NCBI GenBank assembly: GCA_963769025.1
Contig: CAVYKI010000012.1
Location: 96,001 to 160,000 of the forward strand
Reading direction: 5' to 3'
Length of the DNA: 64,000 bases
Source of the DNA: an uncultured Verrucomicrobiae bacterium
GTDB lineage: Bacteria > Verrucomicrobiota > Verrucomicrobiia > Chthoniobacterales > Chthoniobacteraceae
The position numbers were made by a program, and so were the translations under genes. A model generated the notes under the pieces. That model was not told the DNA's origin and did no database searches. It saw only the letters and a list, made by a program, of their open reading frames with translations. Positions 30,838 to 41,100 of the stretch are shown here, piece by piece (within the stretch, counting starts at the first letter, position 1; each line of letters opens with the position of its first letter).

Positions 30838-32160
30838 ATGAACACACCCGCACTCGTCACCGTCATCGCGACCGCCTGCTCGACGCTGGCATTCGCGGCT
30901 CCGCCGGAAAAATCCGCCGCGAGCCCGTCGCACGGCTACCTCAAAAACATCGCCCGCCAGCACTACACCTCGACGTTGTCGGTCTTCGACGCCACCGCGC
31001 AGCGCTACCTCTCCAACGAGGCCGCCGCCGCGTGGCTGGATGATGACGTCGCCACGGGCTGGCCCGCGCTCGCTGGCAAGCAGCACTACCTGCTCCAGTT
31101 CGCCGAGCCGCAGCTCATCACGAATTTCGAACTCTCGACCAAGGCTCCCAGCGGGACCGTGTCGCTCTTCACGGGAGACCGCGATGCCGCGCCCGGCGAC
31201 AAAGCTTGGACGCTCATTGCAAAGGACGTGCCCGTCGAAAGCATCAACAACCAGAAGCTCGCACGCCCCATCAACAAGTATGCGAAGTACCTGCTGATCG
31301 AAACGAACATCGGCGAACCGTCGCCGATCTACAGCTTGAACGTCTTCGGCGAGCGTTCGGCCTCCTCCACCGCCATCGTGCCCCGTCCCCAAGCGGTGGA
31401 CGTCAAGCCGCTTCTAGGTGACTTCGTGAACAACCAGACCGCGTTCAACATGGCCAGCATCTACGCGAAGGCCGAGGTGACCTACGCGAATTCCCGCGGC
31501 AGCGAAAACAGCTGGCAGCGTGCGATCGACGATGATCCGGAGACGTTGCTCGGCGTGAAAGCTTCGACCGGCGAGTCCGGCGCGGTTGTCCGTTTCGACG
31601 GTGCGCAGCCCTTCACCCGTCTCTCGATGCTCACGAACCCAAAGACGCGCGGCAAGGTGGACATCTTCCTCCTCAGCGAAGCGCCCCAGAACGGCGTCCC
31701 GGTGAGCATCGAAGGCATCACGCCCTCGGTCACGCTCACTTTCGACGGCGGCTCGCAGCGCGCCAGCGCGGACTTCGCCGAGACACGGGCCTCGGCCCTC
31801 GCGCTCCGTTGGACGCCTGAGAGCGGCGAGACCTTGTTCGCCCTCCGCGAACTGAACGTCTTCGCCGACCTCGCCCTGAGCGACCACGAAGTCGCCGGCG
31901 CACCCACCGCACTCGCCCAAGGACCTTCCGACGGCGAGCCGAGCGAGAAGAGCTTCGCAGACGGGAAAAGCCTGGCGGACGGCAAGAGCCTCTCGGACGG
32001 CAAGTCGCCCATCGCCATGGGACCCGGCAAAGACCACAAAGCCCTGAGCGACCCGCCAATCGTCGCCCAAGGTCCCCGTGGTTACGACCCCGGCGTCCTC
32101 GGCTTCCCGCCGAACCTCCCCGGCCCGCGCCCGAACATCCCGACGCCGCTCAGCCAGTAA
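30838..32160 (+). CDS. Secreted hypothetical protein with two discoidin/F5-8C-like modules and a DGKS-repeat tail
   Basis: Signal peptide. Internal similarity AWLDDDVATGW versus RAIDDDPETLL. Tail DGKSLADGKSLSDGKS. Confidence 0.65.
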   Translation: MNTPALVTVIATACSTLAFAAPPEKSAASPSHGYLKNIARQHYTSTLSVFDATAQRYLSNEAAAAWLDDDVATGWPALAGKQHYLLQFAEPQLITNFELSTKAPSGTVSLFTGDRDAAPGDKAWTLIAKDVPVESINNQKLARPINKYAKYLLIETNIGEPSPIYSLNVFGERSASSTAIVPRPQAVDVKPLLGDFVNNQTAFNMASIYAKAEVTYANSRGSENSWQRAIDDDPETLLGVKASTGESGAVVRFDGAQPFTRLSMLTNPKTRGKVDIFLLSEAPQNGVPVSIEGITPSVTLTFDGGSQRASADFAETRASALALRWTPESGETLFALRELNVFADLALSDHEVAGAPTALAQGPSDGEPSEKSFADGKSLADGKSLSDGKSPIAMGPGKDHKALSDPPIVAQGPRGYDPGVLGFPPNLPGPRPNIPTPLSQ

Positions 32161-32193
32161 TCGGCAACGGCCACTGATTCCCTGCTAACGCAG

Positions 32194-32221
32194 CGCGCGA
32201 GAGTCCGCTCTCGCGCGTTTT
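32194..32221 (+). terminator. Probable intrinsic terminator
   Basis: CGCGCGAGAG-TCCG-CTCTCGCGCG followed by TTTT, between convergent genes. Confidence 0.65.
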
Positions 32222-32258
32222 GCTGTACAGCGACCACGTTTTGCGCCCTCGCCCCGCG

Positions 32259-34106
32259 TCAGAGCTCCACCTCGACACGCGCGCCGCCCTTGCCGAGCTT
32301 TGCACGCACGGTCTTCGTCTTCGATCCGCTGCGGACCTCGACCGTATATTCGCCGAGGAAGCCGCGCACCTTGGCCACGCCATTTCGGGACGTCGACGTG
32401 TTCACGCTCGTCCACCATTTTTTGAAAACGAGATCGTACCACACCTTCCCGTGCCCGCGCAGGCCCCATGCACCCGTCCACTGCGACGCATTCGGGATCC
32501 AGTGCCGCTTTTCCCAAAATCCCCAGGTAATGAATCCTGTTGTCGCCGTGTGGGCGAACACCGCCGTCATGAAATCCCGCGTGTAATCCGCCATCACCTC
32601 CTCGTCCCACGCGTTGATGTCGTGCTCGGTGATTTGAATCGGCAGCCCCAGCGCGCCGAAGCGGTTCAGGATTTCCCACACCTTCACCGGGGGCGTGAGC
32701 TGCTCGTTGAAGTGCCCCTGCATCCCGATCCCCTGCACGGGAGCCTTCGCATCGAGCAGCTCGCGGATCGTGCGAAAATAAGCGTCCTGATGCTCCGTGT
32801 CGGTCCCGCCGTGCGAGAGAATGCCGTAGTCATTGATGAACAGCCGCGCCTGCGGGTCCGCCTCGCGCGCGGCCTTGAACACCTCCGCGAGGATCCCGTT
32901 TCCGAGCACGCGCTGCACATCCGTGTTCGTCACCGGCTCGTTCACCACATCCCACTCCGCGATCTGCCCCTTGAACGCCGACACCTCTTCGCGCACGTGA
33001 TCCAGGATTCGCTTCCGCAATGCCTCGGGCTTGTCCGCCAGCGCCGGCACGTCCTTGGGCAGCCGCGTCCAGCCCGGCCACAGCAGCGTGTGCCCGCGCA
33101 CCGCGATGCCCGCATCGCGCAGCCACTTCACCGTGTCCAGAGCGCGCTGCCGGTCCGCCTCAAACTCAGGCCACTTCAGATCATTCTCGATCGTCACGCG
33201 GTTGAAGGACCGCACCGCGACGTCGCGATACATGTCGGCATCCGCGCCCTCATCCAGTAAAGGCGACGCAGCCACCGCGCTTCCAAATCCGTACGCATGC
33301 CGCTGCTGCCGTACGCGAACCTCCGCCCAAGGCAGCGGCTTGCCGCTCACTTTCGTGACCACGATGAGCAACTGCGCCTTCCGCTCCTTTTCGATGCTCG
33401 CCGCGGCCTCCGCGCGCCATGCCGCATCCGCCGCGCGGCCCTTGTAAGTCAGCGGCGTGTACGGCAGCTGGCCGAGCACCATGTCCTTCCCAAAACCCGT
33501 CACGCGCAGCCCGCCAATCTCGATCGTCTGCCGCGCGGCACCGGCTTGGAAATGCAGCGCGATGTCATCCGCCCCGTAGTCGATCGCCGCGACGAACGGC
33601 ACGTAATACTTCGACCATGTCTTGCCGCACTCGAAACGGAAGTTTGCCGACTTCGTGTACGGCGCGCGCGCGAACTCGAAGACGAAATTGGCCTCCGCCT
33701 CGTCGCTCAGACCCGCGGCGCGCGCCCAGAATACCGCCAGCAGCACCTCCCCCTTTTTCACCGGCACCGAGCACTTCGCGTGCGACTGAAATCCCCACGG
33801 GTTCTCCGGCACGATCTTCGTCGTCATCCGCAGCGCCTTGTCGAAGCCGGGCGCATCCTTCACTTCGACATACGTCGCGGTGCCGTGCGGGTTCGTCTTG
33901 CCGAGCGCCAGCGCCATTCCCTCCAGCGCCCGCGGAGGGCTGATTTCACGTCCCGCAGGCAGCTTCTTGAAACGCGCATCCTGCGCTGCCATGTCCGCAA
34001 AGGCAGGCGCGACGGCGGAAAACGCGAGAAAAAGGGAAATGCACCGCAACACGTCCGCGCTTCTACGACATTGCGAAGCTGACGCAAGCAGGACTCTGCA
34101 ACGCAT
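32259..34106 (-). CDS. GH10 endo-1,4-beta-xylanase-like enzyme with N-terminal CBM-like domain (start uncertain)
   Basis: ENDLKW, RGHTLLW, acid/base WDVVNEP, IGMQGH, nucleophile ITEHD and RGFLGEY. Confidence 0.9.
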   Translation of the reverse strand: MRCRVLLASASQCRRSADVLRCISLFLAFSAVAPAFADMAAQDARFKKLPAGREISPPRALEGMALALGKTNPHGTATYVEVKDAPGFDKALRMTTKIVPENPWGFQSHAKCSVPVKKGEVLLAVFWARAAGLSDEAEANFVFEFARAPYTKSANFRFECGKTWSKYYVPFVAAIDYGADDIALHFQAGAARQTIEIGGLRVTGFGKDMVLGQLPYTPLTYKGRAADAAWRAEAAASIEKERKAQLLIVVTKVSGKPLPWAEVRVRQQRHAYGFGSAVAASPLLDEGADADMYRDVAVRSFNRVTIENDLKWPEFEADRQRALDTVKWLRDAGIAVRGHTLLWPGWTRLPKDVPALADKPEALRKRILDHVREEVSAFKGQIAEWDVVNEPVTNTDVQRVLGNGILAEVFKAAREADPQARLFINDYGILSHGGTDTEHQDAYFRTIRELLDAKAPVQGIGMQGHFNEQLTPPVKVWEILNRFGALGLPIQITEHDINAWDEEVMADYTRDFMTAVFAHTATTGFITWGFWEKRHWIPNASQWTGAWGLRGHGKVWYDLVFKKWWTSVNTSTSRNGVAKVRGFLGEYTVEVRSGSKTKTVRAKLGKGGARVEVEL

Positions 34107-34165
34107 CACCGGCGAACGGCGGAAGCGCTGGAATTTTTCCGCCGCATGCTGCATCGTCTGCACAC

Positions 34166-35662
34166 ATGAGACGCGTCTTCGGCCTTGAAACCGAGTATGG
34201 AATCACCGTGGACGGGATGGCCGACGTGGATGTCGTGCGCGAGAGCATCGCCATCGTCCGCAGCTACACCGAGCACGGCGCGCTCCTGAAATGGGACTAC
34301 GCCGGCGAGGATCCGCACCAGGACGCACGCGGCTTCCGCGCACCCGAGCTGCGCCAGGACACCGACGAGGCCGCCTACTACGAACTCGACAAGCACCGCA
34401 ACCTCACCTTTGAGGAAATCAAAAGCGATCTCGTGCTCTCGAACGGCGCGCGGTTTTACAACGACCACGCGCACCCCGAATACTCCACGCCCGAGTGCGC
34501 CACGCTCCGCGACATCGTCGCGCAGGACAAGGCCGGCGAACGCGTGCTCGAGGAATGCATGCGCCGCCGCAACGCGCACCTCCCCGAGGGACAGCGTTGC
34601 CGGCTCTACAAAAACAACACCGACTTCCAGGGCCACAGCTACGGCTGCCACGACAATTTCCTCATGCGCCGCGAAGTCCCGTGGGAGCGCATCGTGCGCG
34701 ACAGCGTCTCGTTCCTCGCCACGCGGCAGCTCTTCGCCGGCGCCGGCAAGCTCGGCATCGAGGGCGAGGATGAGAAGACGCAGCCCGGCACGTATCAGCT
34801 CGCGCAGCGCAGCGACTTCTTCGAGGTGCTCACGAGCATCGACACGATGAACCGCCGCCCCATCGTGAACACGCGCGACGAGCCCCACGCTGCGAGCGAA
34901 CTTTACCGCCGCTTCCACGTCATCGTCGGCGACGCGAACATGTCCGAGTGGGCCACCGCGATGAAGATGGGCACCACCGCCCTCGCGCTCGAACTCATCG
35001 AGAAGGATCACGCCCCGCGCATCGCCCTCGCCGATCCGATCCTCGCCACGCGCCTCATCAGCCGCGATCCGCATTGGAAATGGCACGTCACCCGCGAAGG
35101 CGGAAGCACCGCCAGCGCACTCGATATCCAGCATGAATGGCTCGACGCGGCCCGCATGCATTGCGATCGCGACGACGAGACCGCGTGGCTTTTCACCGAA
35201 TGGGAACACGTCCTCGCCGACCTCGCGCGCGACCCGATGAGCACGCGCGACCGCTGCGACTGGGCTGCAAAGCGCTTCCTGCTCGAGACCTTCCGCGAAG
35301 CCGAGGGCATCCCATGGGAGCACCCGTGGCTCCAGGCCCTCGACCTCGAATACCACGACGTCTCCCTCGACAACGGCCTCTACTACGAACTCGCCCGCAC
35401 CGGCCAGATCCGTCGCGTCGTCACCGAGGAAGCCATCCGACAGGCCATCTTCTTCCCGCCGGAGCGCACCCGCGCATTTTTCCGCGGCCGCGCCGTCGCG
35501 AAATTCAACGCGCAGATATCCTCGCTGCAATGGGACGCGCTCACCTTCGGCGCGAATGCGGATGCGATTACGTTCACCTTCCCCCACCCCGCCTTCGACC
35601 CGGAACTCGACCGCCTCAATTCGCTGATCCGCAAGGCCCGGGCAGTGGACGAACTCCGCTAG
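34166..35662 (+). CDS. dop: Depupylase/deamidase Dop (PafA2 family; Pup/UBact-proteasome system)
   Basis: GLETEYGI, Dop-loop WDYAGEDPHQDARGF, NGARFYNDHAHPEYSTPEC, YKNNTD...SYGCH and NTRDEPHA...RRFHVIVGDAN. Confidence 0.9.
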   Translation: MRRVFGLETEYGITVDGMADVDVVRESIAIVRSYTEHGALLKWDYAGEDPHQDARGFRAPELRQDTDEAAYYELDKHRNLTFEEIKSDLVLSNGARFYNDHAHPEYSTPECATLRDIVAQDKAGERVLEECMRRRNAHLPEGQRCRLYKNNTDFQGHSYGCHDNFLMRREVPWERIVRDSVSFLATRQLFAGAGKLGIEGEDEKTQPGTYQLAQRSDFFEVLTSIDTMNRRPIVNTRDEPHAASELYRRFHVIVGDANMSEWATAMKMGTTALALELIEKDHAPRIALADPILATRLISRDPHWKWHVTREGGSTASALDIQHEWLDAARMHCDRDDETAWLFTEWEHVLADLARDPMSTRDRCDWAAKRFLLETFREAEGIPWEHPWLQALDLEYHDVSLDNGLYYELARTGQIRRVVTEEAIRQAIFFPPERTRAFFRGRAVAKFNAQISSLQWDALTFGANADAITFTFPHPAFDPELDRLNSLIRKARAVDELR

Positions 35663-35700
35663 CGCGCCCGATCTGCCAAGCGAGACGAGGCTCCCTCGCG

Positions 35701-37398
35701 CTACCGCTTGGTCCCGGCGAGCTTCGCGACGAGCGCTCGGCTTTCCGCCGAAAGTGACGCGACGGGATACGGCACGCGCCGGCCATCGGGCAGGATGAAC
35801 GTGACGCTTGCGCCACTGAGTCCGCCAAACTTCGCGTCGAACGCCTGGCCCGCGGCGTTCGTCCAGCGCTGCACGGTGGCGCTGCTCGCGCCGCCCGATG
35901 CGAGGCGCCTTTCGACCTGCGCGAGGTGCAGGTTCGGGGGCTCGAGTGTCGCCGAACTGATCGTTTCGTAGTGCCATCCTTCGCTTCGGTCGGGTTTGCG
36001 GGCCGCGCCCTTGATCCCGATGAACACGAGCCCCGGCGGGCCCCAGCCAGCGGGCGGGAGGCCGATGTCCTTTTTGCCGCGAATATTCCAAAACGTGGCG
36101 CCCGCCGCCGAGTGCCGCCCCACTCCGGGCGGGCCGCCGGAATTCCACGCCTCCGCGCCGCTCGCGCCGGTGTCGAGGTTCGTGAAAAGGTTCTCGTATG
36201 GCCCGGCCTTATGGTGATCGAGCGTGAGGTAGTCGCCGCCTCCATCGGAGAACACATTGCCGAGTGAATGCGCGACGGTGAGCTCGTGAAAATAACGCGT
36301 CTTGAACTGGAAGCGCGTGACGAGGTTGTCCACGCCCTCGGCCTGAATGCCGTGATGGCCCGTGTGTCCCTTCGCCTCGGGTTTGCGATTCGCGGTGAAG
36401 TTCACATCGCTCACCGTGCAGAAAAAGCCCTTCGCGTAGATGCCGCTGTCCGCATTGTGAATGACCAGCCGCCGTGCCCAGCAGTGCGCGAGATTGTCGA
36501 ACTGAACCGCATTGAAGCCATCCTCCTCCCAATGCCCGCGGTACGGCTGCCGGGGAAAATCAAACGTGAGGTCCTCGATCCCCGAATGCTGGAGCTTCGG
36601 CGAGAAGCCGCGCAGCGATGCAGTCCACTCGGGCCGCAAATCAAACCGCAGCGGACGGTCGAGCACGACGTCCTTGCCCCGGATCTCCCGGATGCGGGCG
36701 GCATACCGATACGCCAGCTTGCCGGTGAGCTTCGCCGAGTCCTCCGGGTTGTCGCGGAAAATGTGCTTCACCAGCGAGCCCGCGGAGTCGTCCTTCACTT
36801 CGATGGCGACTTCCTGCCCGACGGCAAGCTTCGCCACGTCTTCCACCGGGACACTCGTCGCGCCGCGCTTCGCACCCGGCGCGGCGACGGTTGCGAGTAC
36901 GGCACCCACGGGATTCGCGCCCTTGAACCACACGAGTCCGCCGCTCCACGACCAAGCCGTGGTCGGTTTGCCGCCGCCAGTCTCCGCGGCTTTCGGGCGC
37001 AACGTCTCGAGCCCCTTGGTGAAGACGAGCGTCGTCTTCCCCGTGCCCACGCCCTTCAGCACCGTGTCCGACGTTCCGACTTCGATCACATCGGAGAGGA
37101 TGTAGCGTCCCGCGGGGATGCCGATGCATTTGCCCGCGGCTTCCTTCACCGCGCGTTGGAATGCCGCGGTGTCATCGGACTTCCCGTCGCCGAGCGCACC
37201 GAAGTCCTTCACCGATACCTCCGCCGCACGTTCCGGGATCGGCTTCTCCCCGCGCTCGTAGCCGGCGAATGAAAAATCCGGCAGCAGTCCGGCCGGGTCG
37301 TGACTTTCCCCGCGCTCGCCCCAAAGCACCGAAGGCCGCGCCGCTGCGCAATCCCCAAGTGCCAGCAAAACGGCAACGATCGGAAAGGGGAAACGCAT
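35701..37398 (-). CDS. Secreted pectate-lyase-superfamily beta-helix protein with C-terminal SHD1-like domain
   Basis: LPDFSFAGY, VKDFGALGDGKSDDTAAFQRA and NLFTNLDTG. Tail RWTNAAGQAFDAKF...DGRRVPYPVASLSAESR. Confidence 0.82.
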   Translation of the reverse strand: MRFPFPIVAVLLALGDCAAARPSVLWGERGESHDPAGLLPDFSFAGYERGEKPIPERAAEVSVKDFGALGDGKSDDTAAFQRAVKEAAGKCIGIPAGRYILSDVIEVGTSDTVLKGVGTGKTTLVFTKGLETLRPKAAETGGGKPTTAWSWSGGLVWFKGANPVGAVLATVAAPGAKRGATSVPVEDVAKLAVGQEVAIEVKDDSAGSLVKHIFRDNPEDSAKLTGKLAYRYAARIREIRGKDVVLDRPLRFDLRPEWTASLRGFSPKLQHSGIEDLTFDFPRQPYRGHWEEDGFNAVQFDNLAHCWARRLVIHNADSGIYAKGFFCTVSDVNFTANRKPEAKGHTGHHGIQAEGVDNLVTRFQFKTRYFHELTVAHSLGNVFSDGGGDYLTLDHHKAGPYENLFTNLDTGASGAEAWNSGGPPGVGRHSAAGATFWNIRGKKDIGLPPAGWGPPGLVFIGIKGAARKPDRSEGWHYETISSATLEPPNLHLAQVERRLASGGASSATVQRWTNAAGQAFDAKFGGLSGASVTFILPDGRRVPYPVASLSAESRALVAKLAGTKR

Positions 37399-37442
37399 CC
37401 ATCGCGAATACCGGGGCGGCACCTTGAACTCAATCCCCATGT

Positions 37443-37542
37443 GCGCGCAGCTTCCAGCTTGCCGACTGCGGGCACGGCTCACATTTTCCGCGCCCTGATG
37501 ATCGATCGCTACGCGCTGCCCGAGATGGCGGCGCTGCTTTGA
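37443..37542 (+). repeat. Diverged copy of the purB upstream region and first ~12 codons (MIDRYALPEMAALL*); direct repeat of 47759-47851
   Basis: cggctcacattttccgcgccctgATGatcgatcgctacgcgctgcccgagatggcggc versus cggctcacacattccgcgccctcATGattgatcgatacacgctgcccgagatggcggc. Confidence 0.85.
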
Positions 37543-37647
37543 AAAATCTGCGCATTGCGGCGTGACGGGAGCGATTCCCCGCTTGACCGCCGACGCCCCA
37601 CCCGGGCTAACCTTGCTCCACGCGGGCAAAGACCCCGCGCAGTTTCC

Positions 37648-39315
37648 ATGAAGCCCCGCCACAGCATCCGGCCCGCGCGCTTCGCGACGGTGCTCGCATC
37701 GCTCGCCACGCTCCTGCTCGGCGCACGGCAGCAGTGCCCCGCGGCGGTGGGCGGCGGCGGCGGTGGCACCATCACCACCACCACCTCGACGACGCAGAGC
37801 GAGACCCACACTCCGTTCACCGTGGACAACCGCACGAGCAGCGGTGTGATCCAGAACATCCTCAATGGCGGGGACAGGATTCAACTCGGCTTTTCGCCCG
37901 GCACTTCGCTCGCCAATCCCAGGGTGCAGGCCGCGCTGCAGGCCGCGCTGCGGGCGCTCCCGCCCTTCCCGCAGGGCGCGTCGCTGCAACTGCTCAGCCG
38001 CACTCCCGGCTCCGGCGGCACCAGCGCCCTCTCCATCCAGCTCGACCATACCGAGACTTCCGTCACCACAACGACGGCTATCGGCCCCGGCACCATCATG
38101 ATCGGCCCCGACCAGTCGCAGACTTTCTTCGTCGCCCCCGGCACGACGAACATCAACACGAACACGCACACGCAGTCCTTCTTCAACGACATCACCACGC
38201 TGAGCGGCGGCGCGCCCACGGTGGAGAACTACCTCCAGCAGCGCATCATCACGATCGATCTCGGCTCCGTGTTCTCCGCGCTGGACAGCGGCCTGCCCGT
38301 CGCCCTCGCGCTGCGCGACTCGCTGCTGGCCGCGCACGCCGGCGGCATCGGCGATGTCAACGACCGCATCCTCCGCGCGTGGCTCGGCCCGAACGAGACC
38401 GGCGCGCCGCAGGGCGACAAGTCCGACGTGCCCGGCGCGGGCGACGGCAACATGCGCCTCTTCGCCAACATCGGCGCCGGCTGGCTCAGCCTGGGCGGGC
38501 GCGACGGTGCGACCGGCCTGCTCGACACGCGCGAGTCCGCCAGCGCCGGCGCGGAGTGGAAGCTGCGCGGGAAATTCCGCGTCGGCGTCTCCGCGACCTA
38601 CGTCCACAGCGACACGGATTTTTCCGGCGGCCTCGGCAGCCAGCACATTGATGGCGGCGCGCTCAGCGCCTACGTGACATGGCGCTCCGACCCGTGCTCG
38701 CCGTGCTACGCCGACCTGCTCTACAGCGCCGGCCTTTTCCGCGACACACTGCGGCGCAACACGCTCACCGGCGCCACCGCCCGCAGCACCGCGGACGACT
38801 GGAGCCACCTCGTGAGCCTCAACGCGGGCTACGTCTTCAAGGTCGGCGACACCTTCGCCACCGGCCCCTACGCGAGCCTCACCTACGTCCACGGCCGGCT
38901 CGACGGCAGCACCGAGAGCGGCGGCGGCGCGGCCTCGCTCACCTACGGCGCGCAGGAATACGACTCGCTCGTGAGCACGCTCGGCTGGCAGGCCAACTGG
39001 AAGCTGCACCGCCCGTGGGGCGCGCTCACTCCGCTCGTCCACATCGGCTGGGAGCGCGAAAACCTGAGCGACGGCGGCGCCGTCAGCGCCACGCTCCTGC
39101 AGTCGCCCTTCTCCGCCGCGGGCGCCGGGCTCATCGGCGGCTTCCGCGCCAGCTCCAGCCGCGCCGACGCGCGCTACGACGCGCTGGTGATCGGCGCCGC
39201 CGTGAGCGCCGACATCGGCGAAAACTGGACCTTCACGCTCAGCGCCGCCGAGCGCACCGACTTCGGCCCGCGCAACGACGTCTCCCTCTCCCTCCGCGCG
39301 CAGCGGAGGTTCTGA
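37648..39315 (+). CDS. Autotransporter-domain protein, copy 1 (short Thr-rich passenger)
   Basis: Signal peptide, Thr/Ser-rich N-terminus, barrel motifs (NAGYVF, GPYASLTY, LGWQANW) and terminal F. Confidence 0.85.
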   Translation: MKPRHSIRPARFATVLASLATLLLGARQQCPAAVGGGGGGTITTTTSTTQSETHTPFTVDNRTSSGVIQNILNGGDRIQLGFSPGTSLANPRVQAALQAALRALPPFPQGASLQLLSRTPGSGGTSALSIQLDHTETSVTTTTAIGPGTIMIGPDQSQTFFVAPGTTNINTNTHTQSFFNDITTLSGGAPTVENYLQQRIITIDLGSVFSALDSGLPVALALRDSLLAAHAGGIGDVNDRILRAWLGPNETGAPQGDKSDVPGAGDGNMRLFANIGAGWLSLGGRDGATGLLDTRESASAGAEWKLRGKFRVGVSATYVHSDTDFSGGLGSQHIDGGALSAYVTWRSDPCSPCYADLLYSAGLFRDTLRRNTLTGATARSTADDWSHLVSLNAGYVFKVGDTFATGPYASLTYVHGRLDGSTESGGGAASLTYGAQEYDSLVSTLGWQANWKLHRPWGALTPLVHIGWERENLSDGGAVSATLLQSPFSAAGAGLIGGFRASSSRADARYDALVIGAAVSADIGENWTFTLSAAERTDFGPRNDVSLSLRAQRRF

Positions 39316-39400
39316 TCCCGTAGCCGCCGTCGGCAGGAGGCGGGCGCAGAATGATTGAGCACTACCGCGCGGGATGTCATCATCACCGGGCATGGAGCGC

Positions 39401-40072
39401 ATGAACCAACCCGCCATCCACGCCAACCGGCCCATCGTGCCCGACCCGCAGGATGAGCTGGAACGCGCCGAAACTTTCCGCCGCTCAAAAACGCCGGAGC
39501 AATTGATGGCGATGCTCGACCTCTGTGCGCACGGCTCGACGGAGGCGGATGCCACCGCGCGCCGCGTGCTCTGGCGCGCGCTCGTGGGGCGGATGGGCGA
39601 CGGCGTGCAGATTGGCCGCGGCGTGCTCCTGAAACACGCGGAGACCTTCGAGATCGGCGACGGCGTCTTCATCGGCGATCAGGCGATCCTCCAGGGCCGC
39701 TGCGGCGGCTCGTGCGTCATCGGCAGCCGCGCGTGGATCGGGCCGCAGTGTTTTCTCGATGCGCGCGCGCTGCACATCGGCGAATGCAGCGGCCTCGGCC
39801 CCGGCGTGCGCATCCTGTGCTCCGAGCACAGCGGCGAGCCGGTGGATGCACCCGTGATCTCTACGCCGCAAAACGTCGCGCCGGTGCGCATCGGCCGCGG
39901 CGTGGACGTGGGGATGGGCGCGCACATCCTGCCCGGCGTCACGCTCGGCGAGGGCTGCATTATCGGCGCGGGTGCGGTGGTGGTGAATGACGTGCCGCCG
40001 TTTGCCGTCGCCGCCGGCGTGCCCGCGCGCGTGGTGCGCAACCGGAGGGCCTCCGCCCCGCTCGAAAAATGA
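39401..40072 (+). CDS. Hexapeptide-repeat (left-handed beta-helix) acyltransferase (alternative start 39374)
   Basis: IGDGVFIG, ILPGVTLGEGCIIGAGAVV and AGVPARVV. Confidence 0.88.
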   Translation: MNQPAIHANRPIVPDPQDELERAETFRRSKTPEQLMAMLDLCAHGSTEADATARRVLWRALVGRMGDGVQIGRGVLLKHAETFEIGDGVFIGDQAILQGRCGGSCVIGSRAWIGPQCFLDARALHIGECSGLGPGVRILCSEHSGEPVDAPVISTPQNVAPVRIGRGVDVGMGAHILPGVTLGEGCIIGAGAVVVNDVPPFAVAAGVPARVVRNRRASAPLEK

Positions 40073-41100
40073 ACCTCGCGGGCGCAAAAGTCGTGGTCAC
40101 CGGCGGCGCGGGCTTCATCGGAAGCGAGCTTACGCGCCAGCTCTGCCGCGCCGGCGCGGAAGTCCGCGTGCTCGACAATCTCGCCACCGGCTCGGAGGCA
40201 AACCTCGCGCCCCTCATCGTGGCGGGAAAGGCAACGCTCGTGCGCGGCGACGTGCGCGACGCGGATCTGCTGCGCTCGCTGCTGCGCGGCTGCGACGCTG
40301 TCTTCCACCTTGCCTGCCTCGGCGTGCGGCACTCGCTCGGGCATCCCTTGGAGAATCACGACGTGAACGCAACCGGCGCGCTGCGCGTCCTCGAAGCCGC
40401 ACTCGCCGCCCGCGTTCCCCGCGCCGTGCATGTCTCCACCTCGGAAATCTACGGCGACGCGCGGACCGTCCCGATGACCGAGGAGCATCCCGCGTCGCCG
40501 AAGACCATCTACGGCGCGTCAAAGCTCGCCGGGGAAAATTATGCCCGCGCATTTTTCCACACGCACGGCCTGCCGGTCGCCGTGGTGCGCCCGTTCAACA
40601 GCTTCGGCCCTCGCAGCCACGCTGAGGGCGAGGCGGGCGAGGTGATCCCACGCTTCCTCCGCCGGCTGCGCCGCGGCGAAACGCTGCCCGTCTTCGGCGA
40701 CGGCGCGCAGACGCGCGACTTCACTTTCGTGTCCGACACGGCCCGCGGGATATTGCTCGCGGCAATCTCCCCCGCTGCGATCGGACGCACGATGAACCTC
40801 GGCTCGGGCCGCGAGATTTCCGTGCTCGCGCTCGGCCGCGCGCTCGCGCGGGTGCTCGGGCTCGCCGCGCCGAAATTCGAGCACCACGACGCGCGCCCCG
40901 GAGACGTGCGGAAGCTCGTCGCGGATGCGTCGCTCGCGCGCGCGCTGCTCGGCTGGGAGCCGCAGGTCACATTCGGCGAGGGGCTTCGGGCGACGGTGGA
41001 TTGGTTTGAAAAAAATCCCGGCGCGGAAAAACCCGGCGCCGACGAGCCGGAGCAAAACTGGCGCGAGCATTCCGCGCCCACCGAAGCCGCACGCCCATGA
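40069..41100 (+). CDS. NAD-dependent nucleotide-sugar epimerase/dehydratase
   Basis: VTGGAGFIGS, STSEIYG, YGASK, RPFNSFGP and GDGAQTRDF. Confidence 0.92.
   Translation: MNLAGAKVVVTGGAGFIGSELTRQLCRAGAEVRVLDNLATGSEANLAPLIVAGKATLVRGDVRDADLLRSLLRGCDAVFHLACLGVRHSLGHPLENHDVNATGALRVLEAALAARVPRAVHVSTSEIYGDARTVPMTEEHPASPKTIYGASKLAGENYARAFFHTHGLPVAVVRPFNSFGPRSHAEGEAGEVIPRFLRRLRRGETLPVFGDGAQTRDFTFVSDTARGILLAAISPAAIGRTMNLGSGREISVLALGRALARVLGLAAPKFEHHDARPGDVRKLVADASLARALLGWEPQVTFGEGLRATVDWFEKNPGAEKPGADEPEQNWREHSAPTEAARP

Noticed and set aside
35663..35700. Pup/UBact gene downstream of dop
   Set aside because: There are only 38 bp before the convergent gene, and no small ORF ending GGE/GGQ/GE was found nearby.
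37399..39672. N-terminal ~750 aa of the 1323-aa minus-strand ORF (and the similar 45860-48430 ORF)
   Set aside because: These are antisense shadows of the autotransporter genes in high-GC DNA. The real beta-helix gene starts near 37398.
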